From contig NW_027362769.1 of NCBI RefSeq assembly GCF_046119375.1, positions 379,998,001 to 380,062,000 of the forward strand: a stretch of 64,000 nt of DNA, given 5' to 3'. Position numbers and translations under genes: made by a program. Positions 25,801-59,070 of the stretch are shown here, in pieces. Source of the stretch: Phyllobates terribilis. Its lineage: Eukaryota. Numbering within the stretch: the first letter of the stretch is position 1; each line of letters starts with the position of its first letter. Under the pieces are notes generated by a model that saw only the letters and a list, made by a program, of their open reading frames with translations, made no database searches and was not told the DNA's origin.

Positions 25801-28272
25801 ATTTCCCGTGCCCTCCCAGACTCGTCGGGCCGCCTCCCGTGCCCTCCCAGACTCGTCGGGCCGCCTCCCGTGCCCTCCCAGACTCGTCGGGCCGCCTCCC
25901 GTGCCCTCCCAGACTCGTCGGGCCGCCTCCCGTGCCCTCCCAGACTCGTCGGGCCGCCTCCCGTGCCCTCCCAGACTCGTCGGGCCGCCTCCCGTGCCCT
26001 CCCAGACTCGTCGGGCCGCCTCCCATGCTTTTATTAACTCGGGTGATGCGATGAGCCCCCTCCACCCAGAGCCAGTCATAAACCTCCATAATCTTCATCC
26101 TACCAATTACTTCGTCTCTGTTGCCCCCATTGCTTTCTGTTGATCATTTCCACAGGTTACGATTCCATGGGCTTCGAGATGTCCAAGCCGGACCTGCGCG
26201 CCGAACTAGAGGCTGATCTCAAGCTGATCTGTGAAGGCAAGAAGGACAAGTTTACGGTCTTGAGACAGCAGGTTGAGAAATACAAGCAGGTCTTCATAGA
26301 AGCTGTGGCCAAAGCCACCAAGTGAGTGGTCCTCAGTTTGCCTTCATCTTCATAGCAGAGTTCCTAGGTCGCTTATACCGGATCTCTTCCTCTCTGCAGG
26401 TTGGACGAGGCTTTGTCTCAGTATTTTGGACAGGCTGCGCAACCCGTGGAACAGCAGGAGATTTACGCAGAGACGCCTCTTCCTATACGAAAATGTCCTC
26501 AGTGCAACCGGGATATGGTTCTGAAAACCAAGAGAGATGGCGGGTATAACTATACTACGGTTTATGCCGTTGCTCAACCCTTTTATGAGGTTCCCAGACC
26601 TACACCTTAGTTCCCTCACAGGCTCTTTCCACTAGAGTTCATAAACTTTCTCAGTCATCCCAAAAATCCATCAAGAGTAAAAGAAAAAGGAAGGAGGGGG
26701 ATGGAGCAGCAGCTGCTCTCTGTGTCTGTGACACTGCATGCTGTCAGAGGGGAGGGGTTGAGTTTGGAGGCATTTGATTGGTTCAGAGTGTGACGCATCA
26801 CACCAGGGAGATCCCGCCCACTCCGCTGCTGTAGAGAGAGAGAATATGCATTGTCAAAAGGATAAAAAAAAGACCCCAAACTACAGGATGGACGCCATAG
26901 GGTAACCACTCGTAACTCTCCATCTGTAACAGTCTCGTCTTTGTGTTTAGGTTCTACATTTCGTGCCTGGGATACCCGAGTTGTAAGACATCCGTCTGGT
27001 TCCCCAGCTCCGTCTTGGAGGTGTCACGAGATGAGAGCGTGTGTGACGTGTGCCGACCCCACCCTGTGCACAAGTGAGCTGACACTTTATATCTGTATAT
27101 GTCCGAACGGTTTATAGGAACTTTGCTGCTGTCATTGAATAGAAACACTTGGATCTGTAAAGTTCTCCTTACACAGCTTCTGTTTGTTACATTGTATCAG
27201 TGAAGGCAATCCTCAGCTAAAGCCTGTTCTCTCTTATACATAACCCTTCCCCTCTTCCTTCTCCCCCATTAGGCTGAAGTTTAAATTTAAGCGCGGCAGC
27301 GTCCCCCCGTTGATGCCTCTTGAGTTTGTGGGATGCATCGGGGGTTGCGACGAAACGCTGCGAGAAGTCCTAGATCTCAAGTACCTGCAGGGAGGCAACA
27401 ACAGAGCAGCCCCTCAATCCGGCCCGAGGGAGAGGAACCACCAGTCCACCAACGGGGCAGGTCATTCAAGAGAAGGGCAAAGTCGTCAGCCGCCTGCCAA
27501 GAAGGAGAGGAACCCGAAACTTGTGACCCCCGCTGTCCGGCCGTCCGTAACAAGCGGGACTGATCATAACGAGGTGGTCTGCAACTGTGGGGATAGCGCT
27601 GTGCAGCTAACTGTCCGCAAAGAGGGTCCCAATCAAGGTCGTCCATTTTATAAATGCAACAGCGGGAACTGCAACTTCTTTTTGTGGGCGGATCAGGAGG
27701 GCCTTGCTGGCAGAAGTGCCCCGCCCCTGCAGATATCCGGAGGACGTCCCCCGAGGAGTTCTTTCACAAGTCCAAGGGATACTGGAGGTGGAAGTGGAGA
27801 CCCTGCATCCGAAGGTCAGGCTTCTTGTATGTGCAATCAGCCCGCCGTCACTCGTACGGTGCAGAAAGACGGCGCCAACAAGGGCCGACAATTCCACACG
27901 TGCTCCAAACCCAGAGAGCAGCAATGCGGCTTCTTCCAGTGGGCGGACGAGAACGCGCCACCAGGTAAGGGGTTGGGGTGGTCCTAGGGGTCCCACTTAC
28001 ACCAGGGGGACTACCTGCCCTGAGAGAGCTGAATGGGACACTAAGACTTTTGTTTAACCCCTTGTATCTCTCCCTCATCTCCTCCAGGAGGCTCCGGTGA
28101 CTATCCCAGCGCCTTTGGTGGCAGCTTCCCGGCGCAACGCAATTCTGGCACAAAGAGCAAACGTTCCGACCACAACTCTTCAGATCGAGGACCGACGGCG
28201 AAAAAGCCGCGGACTTGTGGTTTATGTCACCAACCTGGACATAACAGGACCAGCTGTCCCCAGAACAGATGA
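4769..28272 (+). CDS. TOP3A: DNA topoisomerase III alpha, 19 coding exons, 1008 aa, with putative mitochondrial (4769) and nuclear (4853) starts
   Basis: Exons 4769-4954, 8763-8822, 9045-9118, 13976-14051, 14534-14642, 14720-14863, 14949-15119, 21940-22040, 22991-23065, 23322-23404, 23502-23709, 24497-24682, 24767-24896, 24973-25086, 26156-26321, 26400-26543, 26951-27073, 27273-27964, 28088-28272; all GT-AG, total 3027 nt. Motifs: [25 protein letters not shown], catalytic [16 protein letters not shown], two GRF zinc fingers and terminal [14 protein letters not shown]. Confidence 0.98.
5476..5966. mobile_element. Foldback/MITE-like element with about 115 bp inverted arms in TOP3A intron 1
   Basis: ATATATAAAAAGAAAGCGCAGCAGCACTCCATTATGG...CTTACAAAAAA (about 5476-5587) is the near-exact reverse complement of about 5858-5966. 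Confidence 0.75.
6037..7665 (-). mobile_element. Full-length Tc1/mariner (DD34E) transposon with an uninterrupted 350 aa transposase
   Basis: TA|CAGTACAGACCAAAAGTTTGG...CCAAACTTTTGGTCTGTACTG|TA; TIRs about 257 bp (6037-6293 and 7407-7665) with few mismatches. ORF 6199-7251 has a paired-like [23 protein letters not shown] and SPGLNPIE. Confidence 0.96.
7721..8699 (-). mobile_element. Non-autonomous Helitron with a GC/CpG-rich internally repeated core
   Basis: On the minus strand it runs A|TC (8700|8699-8698) to CTAG|T (7724-7721|7720). Hairpin CCCGAT-TCTAACGC-ATCGGG lies about 10 nt from the CTAG end, and a GACAGACAG tract is near the 5' end. Confidence 0.8.
9255..9537. mobile_element. TTAA-flanked AGG...CCT MITE (T2/Kolobok-like); related or similar copies near 22061-22400 and 56887-57157
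   Basis: TTAA|AGGGTT...AACCCCT|TTAA with internal inverted repeat GCAATTTACTGCTTGTTAAAATTTTCAGC, which recurs near 22130. The 56887 copy also has TTAA|AGGG...CCT|TTAA ends. Confidence 0.7.
9734..13743. mobile_element. 4.0 kb non-autonomous TTAA-flanked (piggyBac-like) element with internal tandem repeats in TOP3A intron 3
   Basis: TTAA|CCGCTTC...GAAGTGG|TTAA. Internal repeats of about 350-400 bp (CAAAATGGTGTCACTTGTGGGGG near 12095, 12472, 12866). No transposase-like ORF. Confidence 0.75.
15470..15875. repeat. About 78 bp minisatellite (left part; resumes at 21190-21710 after the DIRS insertion)
   Basis: Unit CTGGATTCACAGCTACACTGCTCAGTACTGCTGTAT...TTCTAGTAAATGTTTTATCTCAC occurs on both sides of the DIRS element. 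Confidence 0.85.
15876..21187 (+). mobile_element. Full-length DIRS1-type tyrosine recombinase retrotransposon (gag, RT/RNase H/MT, YR; frameshifted) in TOP3A intron 7
   Basis: ITRs at about 15887-15990 and 21052-21154 (2 mismatches in about 102 nt). ICR at about 20864-20955 is complementary to both termini. RT: [25 protein letters not shown]. RNase H: [11 protein letters not shown]: VYAFPP. YR: [20 protein letters not shown]. Gag-like ORFs at 16751-17965. Confidence 0.95.
21190..21710. repeat. About 78 bp minisatellite, right part
   Basis: Same unit as 15470-15875, about 6-7 copies. Confidence 0.85.
22505..22775. repeat. About 84 bp degenerate tandem repeat, 3 copies
   Basis: GATGTCACAGCTCACCTCCTCC...CAATGACTGATAACACCTCTATATACAG repeated. 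Confidence 0.75.
23735..24465. repeat. 35-36 bp AT-rich minisatellite filling TOP3A intron 11
   Basis: AAGAATATAACTACTATAATACTGCCCC(C)TATGTAC, about 20 copies. Confidence 0.95.
25750..26025. repeat. 31 bp GC-rich minisatellite in TOP3A intron 14
   Basis: CTCCCGTGCCCTCCCAGACTCGTCGGGCCGC, about 9 copies, preceded by a C-rich degenerate tract from about 25300. Confidence 0.92.
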
Positions 28273-29589
28273 GGAGCCGCCAATATTTTATCTTGTACGT
28301 CCCTCGTGAATGGAAAATCATCATCATCCTTCTCCAGCGCCCTATAGATGTTCTATATTTTACGACTTAAAAACTCCTTGGTTATTGGGCCGGATTCACA
28401 TATCCATGCACGGACCTCCGGCCACAGGGTCTCCTGACCCGAGCGTAAAACACGGATGTGTGAATCCCTACCAATCAGACGGTTGGACCGGCCTCCGGCT
28501 TGGCTCCATATTGACAGCGATGATCCAGAAAATTGGTCGAAGAGGAGTCGTCGCTGTCTCAGGGGGTTCTTTGTCTAATTGGGAGATGGGTTTCCCGGAG
28601 GCTCAAATACTTCTCCCAAAAGAAGAAATAAAATATTTTATTGGGTCCAAAGAGCCAGAGTTCAGTTCATATATTAAAAAAAATCATATCTATTAGGGAA
28701 GGGGTTAATGTCCCCTGTTTGGGTCATTCATCTAGGACCCGGAGTAGTGAGCAGCTATAAAGACTGTCTCTTGATTTGGAGGATCCGACTGTGCAATGCT
28801 TAATTTCCCCTGTGGAGGTGCTGCAGGGAACTGTAACACATGCCAGGTTCTTGCAGATTTCCTCATATTTGCCGGCGTCTCTTCTGATTAGTTAGGCCCC
28901 AGTGTAAAGTCATCGCTGGACCAGAGTCCTGCAAATCTTTTCGCTCAGTTCTAGTGATCAGTTTATTATTGGCGCACCCTACTAACTTAAAGGGATTGTA
29001 AGAATCCCTTTAAAGGAGGAAAAAATCATCACGTAGCACGCGCCTTATATTGCAGATCATGTGACTGAATCTTATAGGTTTGGATTTTTTTTTTATAATT
29101 TATTTTAATATAACGATGTAATATTCTGTGAGATTATCTACCCCCGAGCGTCCACAGAAGGTGCCGTCAGCATTATAACCGCTTTTTGTGCGGAGTTCAT
29201 TCAGTCTCGTGACGATTGTAATATATTATATTATTTTTGTTTTAATGTAGTACAAATAAAACTATGAAAAATATTGCATTTATTCCTAGGGGTTATCCTC
29301 ATAAGTAATGGTATGATGGGAATTTCAACTTTATAATCTACTGTGTGTATCAATTCCTCAGTGGTTTCAAGAATTCCGCTTATTGTCAGTGAATGGGAAT
29401 ATTCTAGCTGACTGATCTGTTTAGAAATATCAATATGCAATGGTTAATAAGAACGGTCACATTCTAAAAGAATTTGTTTTTATCTATATAGATTCATTAT
29501 TCTGCACTGATTCATTTCTTTATATGTATTCTTAGCAATCAGCGCTGTATTTTACTGATAGAGAATGCTAAATCCCTTCCATAACCATA

Positions 29590-30195
29590 GTTACATAAGA
29601 TCCTCTCTGCAGCCACCACTAGAGGGAGCTCCCTGTATACGGAGATACAGGATAACATTCTATCTGCACCCACCACCAGGGGGAGCTCCCTGTATACAAA
29701 GATACATAAGATTCTGTCTGCAGCCACCACTAGGGGGAGCTCCCTGTATACAGAGATACATGATAAGATTCTGTCTGCAGCCACCATTAGCGGGAGCTCT
29801 CTGTATACAGAGATACAGGATAATATTGTCTTCAGCCACCACTAGAGGGAGCTCCCTGTATACAGAGATACATGATAAGATTCTGTCTGCAGCCACCATT
29901 AGCGGGAGCTCTCTGTATACAGAGATACAGGATAATATTGTCTTCAGCCACCACTAGAGGGAGCTCCCTGTATACAGAGATACATGATAAGATTCTGTCT
30001 GCAGTCACCACTAGGGGGAGCTCCCTGTATACAGAGATATAGAAGATTCTGTCTGTAGCCACCACTAGGGGGAGCTCCCTGTATACAGAGATACACGATA
30101 AGATCCTGTCTGCAGTCACCACTAGGGGGAGCTCCCTGTATACAGAGATATAGAAGATTCTGTCTGTAGCCACCACTAGGGGGAGCTCCCTGTAT
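29590..30195. repeat. About 56-60 bp minisatellite containing CAGCCACCACTAGGGGGAGCTC
   Basis: About 10 copies; further direct and inverted copies at 30700-30860. Confidence 0.9.
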
Positions 30196-31404
30196 ACTGT
30201 TTTTGCATTGAAATCAGTAATGAAATTATGCAGTATACTCAGCTGCCTCTAGTGGGGATAACAGGCGACATGAAGGCATTATGAAAGATGGAAAATTCCA
30301 GTCATAGATTTCAGTAGTTCTGTCTCAAGGTGTTTGTTTGTTATTGGACACGTCCTGTTCCCTGAAGATGGACAAATATGGAGATTTTATTATTTTGGAA
30401 ACTTGACAGCAAAACTCTCACATCTTGTTGCCCTAGATCTTGGCTCTTGTGCCCGAGTCTGGAAAGCTGCCACAGGCTCTCACTGCTACTCTGCAATCTG
30501 TATCCTAAAATAACTTCCAAGACCAGTTGTTCATCATAGTCCGCAGCCTTACTTAGTTCAGCTGGACCCTCCAGTATGGTGTAACCCAGCAGGTCATGTA
30601 GCCATTGTGGAGAGCCATGAAGATCATTTAAGGCAAATGGGATTCCTTTAGAATATGAGCTGTAGTCATACTGATATGGCACAATATAACACAATATTCT
30701 GACTGCAGCCACCACTAAGAGGGGCTCCCTGTATACAGAGATACATAAGATTCTGTCTGCAGCCACCACTAAGAGGCGCAAGTATATCTCTATACTCGGA
30801 GCTCCCCCTAGTGGTGGCTGCAGACAGGATCTTATGTATCTCTGTATACAGGGAGCTCTTACTACTGGTGACATTTCATATACTACATAAAACATTGATA
30901 CAATGGACACTTTTTTTTCTGTACAGGTGAGTCAAAATTAATACTCCACACGCTGGAATTGAGAAAAAAATCTTTATTATGACAATTTAGAATTTTTAAA
31001 AATAGAATTTAAAGCAGCAAAATCCACAATTGAAAGCAGCAGCCGGAGCGAATCCCCCGAGAGGACACCACCCCGGTATACACACACAGCATTCACCCCC
31101 TATAAGTTTAGGGGACAACAGTCGATGAGTTTGGCACAAAGGTGACAATTTATAACCAGAGAACAGGAGCGATGTCGCTGCTTCCACCTGGAGAGTAGGG
31201 TTGATTTGTAGCAGCTGGAGTGTTACCTATAACCACATTGCTCTTATGACACTCCAAATCCCAGCATGACTGCAAAGTCTTCGTTTTACTGATCCTGAAA
31301 AAGATTAGATACTATACTCTACTCACATCTAAAGCTGCATTTGGAATTTTCCTAGTCGCCTCCTGAGATCCACCAGACCTGTGCTGCCAAACATCATCAC
31401 TGAG

Positions 31405-31800
31405 ATCGCATACAAGTCCGTCCTGCAGCATTGAGTGTGTCTAGAGCAGAGCACACACGTCATCCTGCAGCATTGATTGTGACTAGAGCACACTCGTCAT
31501 CCTGCAACATTTAATGTGACTAGAGGAACACACGTTACCCTGCAGCTTTGAGTGTGACTAGAGCACGCACTCTTCATCCTGCAGCATTGTGACTAGAGCA
31601 CCCACTCTTCATCCTGCAGCATTGATTGTGACTAGAGCACACACTCTTCATCCTGCAGCATTGTGACTAGAGCACGCACTCTTCATCCTGCAGCATTGAT
31701 TGTGACTAGAGCATGCAAGTCGTTCTGCATTGACTGTGGCTACATTACACAAGGCATTCTGCAGCATTGTATGTGACTAGAATATACATGTTGCCCTGCA
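31405..31800. repeat. About 35-40 bp degenerate tandem repeat
   Basis: ATCCTGCAGCATTGATTGTGACTAGAGCACACACTCTTC-like unit, about 9-10 copies. Confidence 0.8.
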
Positions 31801-33706
31801 GCTCTGGAAGCGATTAGAGTACACAGATGTGAGCAGCCTGAGTGCTAACTGCAGAGCCTGCTAGACCTTAAACGCCAGTGATGGAAACTGATACCGGGGG
31901 AGTTTATCTACATGGAAGGAAAATATATAAATATACTGCCACTGTCAGTGCCGCACTGTGCCCATTATACCCACAGTGACTCCACAATGTGCGCAAATTC
32001 ATGTGCTTAGTATACTTTATATTTAGACTGTGCTCGGTGCTGCCCGTAAAGCAGACTCCGCTGCGGTCCCTACAAGACAGCTGAGAATGCTGGGAGTAGT
32101 AGTGCAAGACACCAGGAGACCCACTGGATAACAAAGTCTCCACGTTATTACCGAAGCATGACCTCAGTAATGGCCGCTCACCCCTTTCTCGGCCTAAGAC
32201 CTGAGTAATCAATAAACTGGTTGCTAGGGAGGTTCTGCCCAGCAACACAGAAAACCCTGCGGTTGTTAGGGAGTGCCACCATAGCAACCAGACTATTACC
32301 GGACTCCAGGCAATCCGCCATTAGACAAAGAGGGAAATACTGAACTGACGAGGCGGTTATAACATACGCCTTATAATTAATGTCCAGAAAGCACAAGAGA
32401 GTCAAAACCAGCACCCAAACACAGTGCGGGCGGCCATATTGTGACCTCTCCACAGTGAAGGCAGCCATACTGTCAGCCTATACATAGCAAGGGCAACCAT
32501 ATTGTCAGCTAATCCAGTACATAGTCTATCTAGATAGTCAGTAGTCAAGCCAGTAACGAGCCGTGGCCTCATCTTTGAAAACCCAGCCAAGCATGACATT
32601 CAATATGGCCGCCATTACAACTCCTTTCCAGAAAAAAAAAACAGCTATCCCGGAGTCCTGCACAATAACAGGATATCCTGTCAGACAAACTGGGCAGCCA
32701 CTCTGCTGAGCCATCATGGCGGCCATATTGGTTGTGACCCGGCTTTCTCAGATATTGATATCTCCCAAAATGGCTGCAGCCGCCCAGAAGGCCTCAGAGA
32801 TCTTCACCCAAAAAGCAAATGTGAATTAATGAACGCAAAGAAATCCCGGATTAGTGCAAAAATAAGTAAAGGAAATGTGAAAGACATAAAAATGTAAAAA
32901 ATAAAAATCCATGTATGAAACGATGAGCGGCGCCTGACCGGCAGCCTCTACTCTCCGGGTTTAGTAAAATATCAGCAGAGATTCTGCAAACATCGTACCA
33001 CAATATAGCAGCAATTACTTATGTACAAACATGGCTTCCAGGTTATTTTCATATAAACTACAACTCCCAACAGGCATTGCCAGGCGGAGTAATCGCACGT
33101 CGATCAGATTTTTCTTTTTTAAATGTACTAATTTCAAATGAATTATTAAAGCACAACAAGAAAAGAATTGCCCGATACATTAATGTGCTGACAGAACCGG
33201 TTATGAACGCGGGGCGGTCAGTATTCGGGCACAGGTCACATTGGCAAGTGAGATCACAAAAAGGCAACAAAAAAATAATTATTTCTAGATTAAAGAGACA
33301 TCCCGAATTTGTACAAATAAAGTTAATAAGAGTACGGGATGCGCTCGTCTTTCTAATTTAATCACAGCATTTACCCTGACAACGCAGGGCGTCCATGGAC
33401 ACCACTAACTTTATTGCATGTTCTAATGAAAAGTTCTGCAACTTCCTAAGAGGCTTTCTGTTTTAATATCCCATCACTATCAAGATCTCTCCTTGTAGTC
33501 AGTGAATGGATGCACCGTTTTCGGCTTGCAGATGCTTTCGTTTGCAAAAAGCAAGCAGAGATCTTGACAACGGGAAGGAACTGATTCACAAAGTATATGA
33601 GCAAGTTGCAGAACTTTTTATTATAGGATGCCAAGAGCAATTCTATGCCGGGTATTCAGCGCCCATTGGTGCCCGCCACCTGTTAGATCCATAAATCGCG
33701 ATCATC

Positions 33707-35883
33707 TCACTTCACCAGTATCGAGTCGGGATCAGAAAAAATCTGATACAGTCCATATCCGATCTCGTCAATATCCTCGTCCGTCAGGCCAGAGAATAAG
33801 TTGACTTTTTCGTTAAAATAGCACGGGAGGGTCCCGCTCTCTAGATAACTGATGATCGACGCTATGATCTGCAGGAAACAGTCAGCAAGGCTGGACTCCG
33901 ACCAATCAGATGCCTCGTTACTGACGTGTAAGATGACGTGTCTTAACTGGGTTGGGGACAGCTGGCGAAGCTCTGGCCGTTGGTGGCAAACGCTTCTCAG
34001 TATGTGCAGACATTTCTGCCGGACGCCGGCGTCGCCGCTGTCCAGCTCCTGGAGGCGGAGGGTCTCCTCTCGGTAGTAGCTCCGCCGCCATAGATTTTCG
34101 GCCGGGGCTGTGGGGCGGGGGTCCGCCAGCAGGACCACGTTTTTGGTTTCAGCCACTAGGAGGAAGTTGATGGTCCCTGTGAAGTCCTGGTGGACGACCT
34201 CCAGCCTCAGGTCATCGGGCGCAATAACGGGACGTACACAGCACCCCAGCACAATCCCGATGGCCGGCCAGTTAATGGATCCTACCACGGTCTTGTGCAA
34301 AGACTCCACGATCGTCCTGGTGGAGAGGTAGCCCCCCAACATGAACCTGTCCCATGGACTGCTCCCCCGGGCCGTGTACTCCAGGTTAACCCTTTTTATC
34401 ATCCAAAACTTGGGGTCATTGAGAATGGTGTCCTGTCCTGGGATGAAAGTCCATAAATCCGGTTCGAGAATCAGGGGCAGCAAAACATAAGCCTGGTCCA
34501 AACTGGTAACGGTGAGATCATTACCCAGGGAACCCCCCAACTGCATGGCGCAAAATGGCATTTCGGGGTGTTTTGCCTTCAGGAAGACCTGCAGTTCCCC
34601 GGTAATGTCCAGCACCAGCTGCTTGACCGCTTGTATCTGGGCTGCTGGCAGAATGGCTTGGTGGGTGTAGTAATGCAAGAGGGTCTCCTGGAAGGTGAGG
34701 CACAGGGGGGTCTTCTCAGACACAGGGGGCTGCTCGGGATCACTGGTCGAAGCAGCGACATCTGGAGAAATAGAAGAATCAGGTTCAGTCAGCTCCAATA
34801 TTCATGCACCCCTGCTATGTAGGGCCTGTGAGTACAAAGATGGCAGACTTGTGTGGGGGGGGGTCATTAGGACCTCAGCCACCATGGAAGCCCCTCCCTG
34901 GCTGCCTTGGAGGAACCCCTGCCTGGCCTGCCTTGAAGGAGCCCCTCCCTGAAAGCCCCCCTCCCTGGGCCGCCATGAGAGCCCCCCTCCCTGGGCCGCC
35001 TTGAGAGCCCATCCCTGGCCTTGCCTGCTCATTGGGCTGCTGATGGCTGATAGAAGAAGCTGCCTCCCCATGCTTAACCGTTTAGATGCTGTGGTCTGTA
35101 CTCACTGCAGCATCTAAGGGGTTAACAGCTAGAATCGGAGTTCTCTCTGATCCCGGCCATTGCAGCAGAGTCCTCTGTACTATACAACGATGCAAAGTCA
35201 TCTCCTAAGGCGGCGCCAGACATTTATAGCACTTTAACGTTACAGTAGATGCCACCGGGTTAACGTTTTGATCTTATACTCCAGTCACATCTAAAGCTGC
35301 ACGAAAAATTGAGCTTGGAGACACAACCCGGAAAGCTCTGCTGAATTCCTAGTAGCTGCACTCCTATAATGCGCCACAGCAGGATGTAAACCCAAACTTT
35401 GCCGGCAGATGTGACCGGAGTCGGGACATGATAAAGCCAACGTACTATCCCCGTGCTCTGACCTGTGAGCGGCTGGGTGGGCTCGGGGGCCGGTAGCGCA
35501 GAGCTCAGGTCGGAACGCTTTGCTTTCCGCACAAGTTTCGGGGAGGCCTTTATCAGCACTGCTTCTTTCCAGGCTTCTTCTATGGATTTCTGTTCTACTT
35601 TCTCATCGGTTTCTTTCTCGCCCGGAGGCGACGCTGCTCGGTCAATCAGCTGCGGAGAAATAAGAACTGAATTAAGCACAGACACGTGTGGGATCAGCGT
35701 CACAGCGAAGTACAGACAGCCGATGATTCTCACCCGCTTTACTGCCAATGTGGCGATGCCCAGCATTGCTGCTCCCCCAACGCCAAGTACCAGCCTGGCA
35801 TTGGCCAGTAAGAAATCCACCATGCTACCGACGCAGCCACCTTCGGACTTCTTGCCTTTTTTCTGGAGCTGCATTTCGGCCAT
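33707..35883 (-). CDS. MIEF2: Mitochondrial elongation factor 2 / MiD49 (SMCR7), 3 coding exons, 463 aa
   Basis: Exons 35734-35883, 35463-35649 and 33707-34761 (1392 nt). GSMVDFLLANARLVLGVGGAAMLGIATLAVKR transmembrane segment, RGSSPWDRFMLGGYLS, SINWPAIG and LPCYFNEKVNLF. Position between TOP3A and FLII identifies MIEF2 rather than MIEF1. Confidence 0.94.
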
Positions 35884-37149
35884 GATAACCCTGCAGAGGA
35901 CGGAAGAGCAGATCGCACGTCACGTCTGTAGCTGCACACTCACCTGATGAGGTCATCGTATTGCAGATGAGGTCATTGTGTCACACCATAGTGTGTAATG
36001 ATGTCATCTCCAGACCAGATGATGTCATTACTACACCAGGCTTCTAGAGCATAATCATGGCTAATCAGATGGAAAAAATGGCTAAAGGGAAACAGCAAAA
36101 CTTCTGCTTCTAACAGCAGCAAGCAGAGCTAAACTCTGAACACTGCTGTTAACTCTTTAAATGCTGCAATTGGTGCCCATAGTCCCACCTGTGACGTGAT
36201 CGCAGGGTGACAATTAATTGCCATGTCATTCGGGGGTCTGCTAAAAGCCGTCGTGGCCGCCATCTTGGTACTCCTGTGAAGCCTTACTATAGGCTGAACT
36301 TTACATATTCAAAACTATAGACTGTATACATAGTGTATAGAACAAGTGGTCACCTAGGACGGCTGAAACATTTAGAGAAGTTTAAAGAAAAAAAAACAAA
36401 AACACAACAATCGCAAAATTATGATTTTATTTTGTTTCTTGCACCAAAAAACGGATTAAACATTGCATGTGCTCTAAAAGGATACCGATCAGGCTGCACC
36501 GACGGAAAACGTCTTTGAAAAATTGAAGACAAACTTTTCTTTATGCTTTTACATAAGTTTTGGAAGCCACTATTAGTTTAAAAAAAAAAAAAAGCCTTTA
36601 CAAGTTTGCGATCACTGTAATGGTCGAGACCCATGGTTAACCCGTGTTATTGGGTCATTTTTATTACATAATTGCCGCCAGGAAAAAAAAAAAAACAATG
36701 GCAGAATTACATTTTTTTTAACCATTTCTATCCACTTTGAATTTTTTTTCGTGTGTCCTATACATAATGCGGTAAAGTGAATGGTGTCAATCAAAGCGTC
36801 AACTCATCCGGCAGAAACTATGCCGCTGTACGGCGGTGGGGACGAAAAAATAATGAAAGATTCGGTTCTAGGAAGAAGAGGAATAGGAAAGCACAAAAAC
36901 TAATGAGGTCCAAATAGCAGAACTGTGTAAACAATCGTTGCAAAACTACAAGTCCCAGCATGCCCCGCGACCAGCCTCTATGTACTATAGTGACAGGGAA
37001 TTCTGGGAGTTGTAGTTCTCCACATACTAGAGGGCAAACAGTTATATGGCGGTATTCCTTCGTATCTCACCTGTGCTAACCCCCACACCCCGCCATTACC
37101 CTGCCTCAAGTCTCCCCATCTGTGACTACACCGATGACCCAGAGACCTC

Positions 37150-37692
37150 ACCGGCCTTTCTCGCGGCCCTTGCTGCTGCTCCTCCTTCCGCTCTCAGATC
37201 TCTCTGACCAATCACACGGCTCCATCGCCCCCTGCCAACCAATCAGAAGTGTCACTGTAAGGCCTCCTTACTAATTACGGAAGTGGTAAAGAACAGCAGC
37301 CAATCAAAGGGGAGGTGAATAAGAATCAGCCAATCACTGATAAAAAGGAGAAAGAATCGACCAATCACTAAAAAAAAAAATAGTCTTCATCTGAAAATAG
37401 AAGCTGCAAGGATCAATCAACGCGCAACCTCCCCCTGACGTCACTGGTTGCTATGTCGGGTCTGAAGGCGGGACTGGAGAAAAATAAGTGACATATAGAT
37501 GTGTTTATTGGCTCCTTCACCTGTCAATCATATCCAGTGACAGCCGTCCTTTGAGGGCGGGGCTGGAATGTGGCCGGGTTAGGGTGTGTACAGCTAGTGA
37601 CAGGACGTCGTGTAGGGTTGTGTGAGCGGAGGGGGCGGGGCTTATGTGCTTCCTGCTGCTTTCCCTGCTCCGACCCTCCCTAGCACCGGAAC
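37150..37692. promoter_or_regulatory. MIEF2/FLII bidirectional promoter
   Basis: CCAAT at 37208, 37239, 37300, 37330 and 37361; ETS CGGAAGTG near 37278; CRE TGACGTCA at 37436; GC boxes near 37557 and 37634. Minus-strand donor GTGAGG near 37150 fits a non-coding first MIEF2 exon. Confidence 0.75.

Positions 37693-59070
<21,378 letters not shown>

Noticed and set aside
25252-26143. Pro/Ser-rich ORFs of 261-268 aa
   Set aside because: Low-complexity C-rich intron and the 31 bp repeat within TOP3A intron 14.
30960-31294. Apparent minus-strand exon pair with AATAAA
   Set aside because: The implied intron is only 39 nt and the peptides are uninformative; more likely distal MIEF2 3' UTR or intergenic DNA.
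35884-37150. Search for an LYR-motif uORF microprotein like the one in the paralogue MIEF1
   Set aside because: No LYR-type ORF seen. A GTGAGT donor at 35943 would give only a 53 nt intron, and nearby uATGs give very short ORFs.
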